Below are positions 59,901 through 64,000 of a DNA stretch of 64,000 nt, one piece after another. Position numbers and translations under genes: made by a program. The first letter of the stretch is position 1, and every line of letters starts with the position of its first letter. This stretch comes from Macrostomum hystrix (lineage: Eukaryota; Animalia; Platyhelminthes). The notes beneath the pieces are model-generated. The model saw nothing but the letters and a program-made list of their open reading frames with translations, was not told the origin of the DNA and did no database searches. The stretch covers positions 34,100,001 through 34,164,000 of the forward strand of contig CATNEN010000038.1 in NCBI GenBank assembly GCA_950097015.1, read 5' to 3'.

Positions 59901-61145
59901 GAACGAGAAGCTCCACCATGGCGGCGCTGCCGTTGCAGGCGGCCCAGTGCAGCGGCCGACGGTCCTGCCTATCGGAGCAGTTCACCAATTCGGGTGCCTT
60001 CGACATCAGCATCTGCGCCATCTCTGTGTGCCCATTCAGAGCTGCGTGGTGCAACGCCGTGTGCCCGTCTCGGTCTGAGCAGGTCAGACCCCCGGCTGGC
60101 AGGTGGGGCAAGAGAAGGCGGACGCATTCTACTGCGCCGTGGGCAGCGGCAGCGTGCAGCGGCGTCCTGTTTCCTCGATCGCGACTGTTAGCGTCCACCT
60201 AGTCATGAAGGTAGGGTGGTGTAAATTTGATTGGTTAGTTTAACTGGGGGGAAGAGAATAGGAGTGAGGTGGTAGCTGATTGGCCAGGGGAAGAGAATCG
60301 GAGTGAGGTTGCTGCTGGTTTATTATAATAGTTTAACTGTGTGAAGGAAGAGAATGGCGGTGAGGTGGCTGCTGATTGGCCAGTTTGAGTGTTGATGAAG
60401 ACACTCGGAGTAAGGTGACTGCAAGCTGAATAACAGGTCATGTTAGCTGACAAACGAACAGTTGAGGGCCAGAGCCAAAACTTGCGATCTATTTATTATG
60501 CACAGACTGGTCGATGAATGTATATTGATTATTGAAACGATTTGATAGGTTGAGGGCTAAAACATGCACTGACACGCAGGTGCATATGCGGTGAGTAAAC
60601 ACTGCTAGAGTGAGACAGCGCACGAGACAAAAGGAGTAAGATAACATAGAAAGTAAACGAGGTCTAAAGCATAAAAGCATAAAAGTGCAACCGCAAACCC
60701 AACAGTGACTGCTGATTGGTCAGTTTAACTGTTGGGAAGAGAATCGGAATGAAGTAGTTTTAATGAATATTGCAACTTGGTCATTTGATGGAATCGCAAT
60801 GTCCTGTTGCAATCGAAGTTGATTGGACAGAAAATATTCTGTTTAGCTAACAGGTCTCACCTGATAATCTAGCAGAACCTGGACGCACCTGGCCGACTTA
60901 GCGGCGCAGGCTCTGTGCAGTGGCGTCTGCCAGCCGGCGTCCTTGCAGTTCACTTTGGCGCCGCTCTGAAGCAGCAGCCTGGCGATGTCGGGCTGGTCGG
61001 CGTGCGCCGCCGCGTGCAACGCTGTACGATGCCCGAGATCGTGAGAGTTCACATCGGCCTTGCCATCGGTGAGGAGGCTGCGAACCTCTTCAATACTGCC
61101 AGACAGAGTCTTCAGCAGTAGGTCCGGCACCTGATCAAATTCCAT
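54000..61145 (-). CDS. ANKRD28: Serine/threonine-protein phosphatase 6 regulatory ankyrin-repeat subunit (ANKRD28/44/52 family), 7 exons, ~1062 aa
   Basis: Minus-strand exons 61145-60861, 60198-59643, 59306-58799, 56737-56279, 56200-55906, 55305-54451, 54230-54000 (3189 nt, frame consistent). Family-specific segments WQTPLHRAC, DRRPLHWAA, GNTALHVACLNG, SALCLDWLI, ALHGRASRAQTLL and the C-terminal LPALACAASERAADCLKVVLDAMM. The paralog cannot be assigned. Confidence 0.92.
55350..55875 (+). repeat. Composite repeat of ~20-bp GTGTCTATGGAC-type monomers arranged in ~86-91-bp blocks
   Basis: Intronic. A related degenerate copy lies at 56890-57090. Confidence 0.85.
57465..58778 (+). repeat. 24-bp minisatellite (TTCTAGAA[C/G]ACAGGCATCAGGGAC)n
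   Basis: About 55 units in ANKRD28-like intron 3, starting ~20 bp from the donor. Confidence 0.96.
59340..59575 (+). repeat. ~20-bp degenerate tandem (GGGTCAACTGACTG core)
   Basis: Located in ANKRD28-like intron 2. Confidence 0.8.
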
Positions 61146-61216
61146 CTGCTTCGCGGGCTGCGTCTTCGGAGGATAATTTATTAGGGCTGCAATGCGCAAA
61201 TTTCAGTGTATCCTTA

Positions 61217-61818
61217 GCTGGCTTCCGATTGGCTGGAGATACGGATAGATTGGGCTCTAATCGGAATGTTAAACAGCTGGCTTCCGATTGGCTGGAGATA
61301 TTGATGGATTGGGGTCTAATCGGAATGTGTCACAGCTGGCTTCCGATTGGCTGGAGATATTGATGGATTGGGCTCTAATCGGAATGTGTCACAGCTAGCT
61401 TCCGATTGGCTGGAGATACGGATGGATTGGGCTCGAATCGGAATTTTAAACAGTTGGCTTCCGATTGGCTGGAGATACGGATGGATTGGGCTCGAATCGG
61501 AATTTTAAACAGTTGGCTTCCGATTGGCTGGAGATACGGATGGATTGGGCTCGAATCGGAATTTTAAACAGTTGGCTTCCGATTGGCTGGAGATACGGAT
61601 GGATTGGGCTCGAATCGGAATTTTAAACAGTTGGCTTCCGATTGGCTGGAGATATGGATGGATTGGGCTCTAATCGGAATTTTAAACAGTTGGCTTCCGA
61701 TTGGCTGGAGATACGGATGGATTGGGCTCTAATCGGAATTTTAAACAGCTGGCTTCCGATTGGCTGGAGATATGGATGGATTGGGCTCGAATCGAAATGT
61801 GTCACAGCTGGCTTCTGA
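61217..61818 (+). repeat. 59-bp tandem (~10 copies) with two ATTGG/CCAAT motifs per unit
   Basis: Unit GTTGGCTTCCGATTGGCTGGAGATACGGATGGATTGGGCTCGAATCGGAATTTTAAACA, immediately 5' of the first ANKRD28-like exon. Confidence 0.94.
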
Positions 61819-62624
61819 TTTGCTCGAAGTATTTATCAAACGTTGACTCTTATTAAGAAAAAAGTGTTAGAGAAATAGTAGAGAAAGAGTTAATATTGGC
61901 TCTTATTAAATTATGTAAAGAATTATATTTTTTTATGAAATGACCTGAAGTCGTTAAAAATGAGTCCGGTTTTTTGTATAAGTAAACAGCGTTTTTAGCA
62001 CAGCCAATAAAACACATATAAGTATTTACGGCTGCAAAAAATTGTTTGGAAGAGTAAAATTGTTGTTTTTGGAAGTCACATAATAGTGTATATACGAGCG
62101 TAAAAAATAAAACTGTATTCCTAGAAAGGCTTCAGTTGAAGATTTACGAGTCTGTAAAAAATACACATGGATTCTTATATTTATGATTTTATGTATTTTG
62201 AGTAGAGTAAAAACTTTCAGAAGCATACAGTTTGCTATATGTGTTCGTCAGAGTGAGGCGAAGTGGAGGAGTGAGGTGGTGGAGTGAGGTTGGTGACGGA
62301 GTGAGGTGGGTGTTGGAATGGGGTTGTTGGTGGAGTGAGGTGGGTGGCTGACATGGGGAATTACTTTTAACTTTAAAATTCAGTATTGATATGTGCAGTA
62401 TATCTTCAGTTTGTTTGGCCTAAATTTAGACATAAAAGTTTAGATATGAATCGATACTAGAAGAGTAACCATGGAACCAAAAATGGAAACAAAGACTACT
62501 ATTCGTTGCAAAAATATCGCAGAAAGCTACGAGTATCACAGTCCAGCTGTTTAAATAATGGCTTGCTTGTACAAAACTAACTTCGCAACATTCAGTGTCT
62601 AACTCATCAACGAATCAGATGAAA

Positions 62625-64000
62625 TTATTTTTTCAGTGCCATCAGGTTGACCCAGATGGCTAGCACATTCTTGGGATACTGGTGCACGTAGGCCACACAG
62701 GAAAACTCTACCTTCGGCGTTGGCTCCTTGCTGTCAACGTACATGCCTATCTCATGCAGCTTAGTGTTTTTAACTTCGCCTAAGATCTCTTCGGTAGATT
62801 TGTAGCTCATTTGCAGCGAGTAGCCAACGATCTGAAAAGTTGATTTAGGTGGGTAGGTGGATTGAATGAGGTGGTTAGCGGAGTGAGGTTGGTAGCGGAG
62901 TGATGTGGGTTGCGGAGTGAGGTTGGTAGCGGAGTGAGGTTGGTAACGGAGTGATGTGGGTAGCGGAGTGAGGTGGGTAGCGGAGTGATGTGGGTAGCGG
63001 AGTGAGGTTGGTAGCGGAGCAAGGTGGGTAGCAGAGCGAGGTGGGTTCTAGAAGGATATAAACGTATGTGCTTGATGCATTAAATGATACCAATAAGAAC
63101 GGAAAGTTCTACGAAAAAAAACACACTTACAACTTTAGAGCCAAAAAATCCTTTGTAAACTTCCTTGGCCGCTGCGATTTCACGACAAACTGGGTCATAG
63201 TGGTACACCTCCATGCTGAAAAAAATATAATAAATGCTGATTTTGTGCTAAGAGGTAGTTACTGATTAGCTGCAGTACACATAAATTAAAGTACACTATT
63301 ACTCGAGTACACGAAGACGAGAATGTAAGAAAAGCAAGTCAATGTACATACACATCTAGCTCGTATTTAATGATTACAGAAATGTGATCGAGTAGATAAA
63401 ATTGAAGAATAACTATGCGACTTTGCGCACAGGAGGAGACGAGATTAAAGTAATGACTATCCAGTGTACATTCGCAAGTCCGCACAGGTAGAGACAAGGC
63501 TGAAGAATGACTAGCTAATGTACATTGGCATATACGCACAGGATGAGACGAGATCGAAATAATGACTAGCCAATGTGCATTCCCATGTACGCACGGGAGG
63601 AGACGCGGCTGAAGAATGACTAGCCAATGTATGTTGACATGTACGCACAGGAAGAGACGAGATCGAAATAATGACTCGCCAATGTACATTCGAATGTACG
63701 CACACGTGGAGACGAGGTTGGAGAATGACTAGCCAATGTACATTCGTATGTACACACAGGGGGGCAAGATTAAAGTAACAAGCAGAAATTCCTGAAATTT
63801 CATGAGATTTACTTACGCCTTGAGTAGTTCCCGCACTTCCCTAATTCCGCGATTGTTCCAGAGAGTCGGCACCCTGGGCCGCCAGGACTCGATGCCTTTT
63901 CGCACAGCGGACTCGATGTCGTACTCGATGTTGCTAATATCCGAGGCTATCAAAGCTTCGCTGTCATAGCTGATGGGCTGCTGGATGCAATCGAATGTTT
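62625..64000 (-). CDS. CC2D2A: CC2D2A (MKS6)-like ciliary transition-zone protein, last three exons (5' truncated by the window edge)
   Basis: Minus-strand exons >64000-63817, 63215-63131, 62831-62625. Translation ...IESWRPRVPTLWNN...GYSLQMSY...VEFSCVAYVHQYPKNVLAIWVNL resembles the CC2D2A C-terminus ([30 protein letters not shown]). Confidence 0.85.
62845..63045 (+). repeat. 17/18-bp G-rich tandem (GAGTGAGGT[T]GGTAGCG)n; a related short copy lies at 62250-62350
   Basis: The intronic copy and the downstream copy flank the last CC2D2A exon. Confidence 0.85.
63400..63775 (+). repeat. ~55-bp diverged tandem (alternating dimer) in a CC2D2A intron
   Basis: CGCACAGG..GAGAC....AATGACTAGCCAATGTACATT recurs every 54-55 bp. 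Confidence 0.8.

Noticed and set aside
54248-60202. Plus-strand ORFs overlapping ANKRD28-like exons
   Set aside because: Antisense shadows of GC-rich coding exons.

Overview
Eukaryotic (metazoan) genomic DNA. GC-rich spliced exons are separated by AT-rich DNA and about 30 different minisatellite arrays (13-59 bp units) covering roughly half the window. This architecture and the gene content suggest a free-living flatworm such as Macrostomum (inference only). Nine spliced genes were reconstructed by hand from GT-AG sites and frame continuity. Six are co-oriented on +: mucolipin/TRPML, an ankyrin+SOCS-box protein, a GPI-anchored folate-receptor-family protein, ITFG2, a universal stress protein and a small orphan secreted protein. 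Three are co-oriented on -: the 3' end of CC2D2A, an ANKRD28/44/52-type PP6 subunit and a DEG/ENaC channel. There are also tRNA-derived SINEs and a hAT transposon end. The most notable signal is that ITFG2 and the folate-receptor-like gene have no usable start codon in their first exons. Each first exon begins in frame right after a splice acceptor, as expected if the 3'-terminal AUG of the flatworm spliced leader supplies the initiator Met in a trans-spliced operon. Most long ORFs in the supplied track are repeat artefacts.
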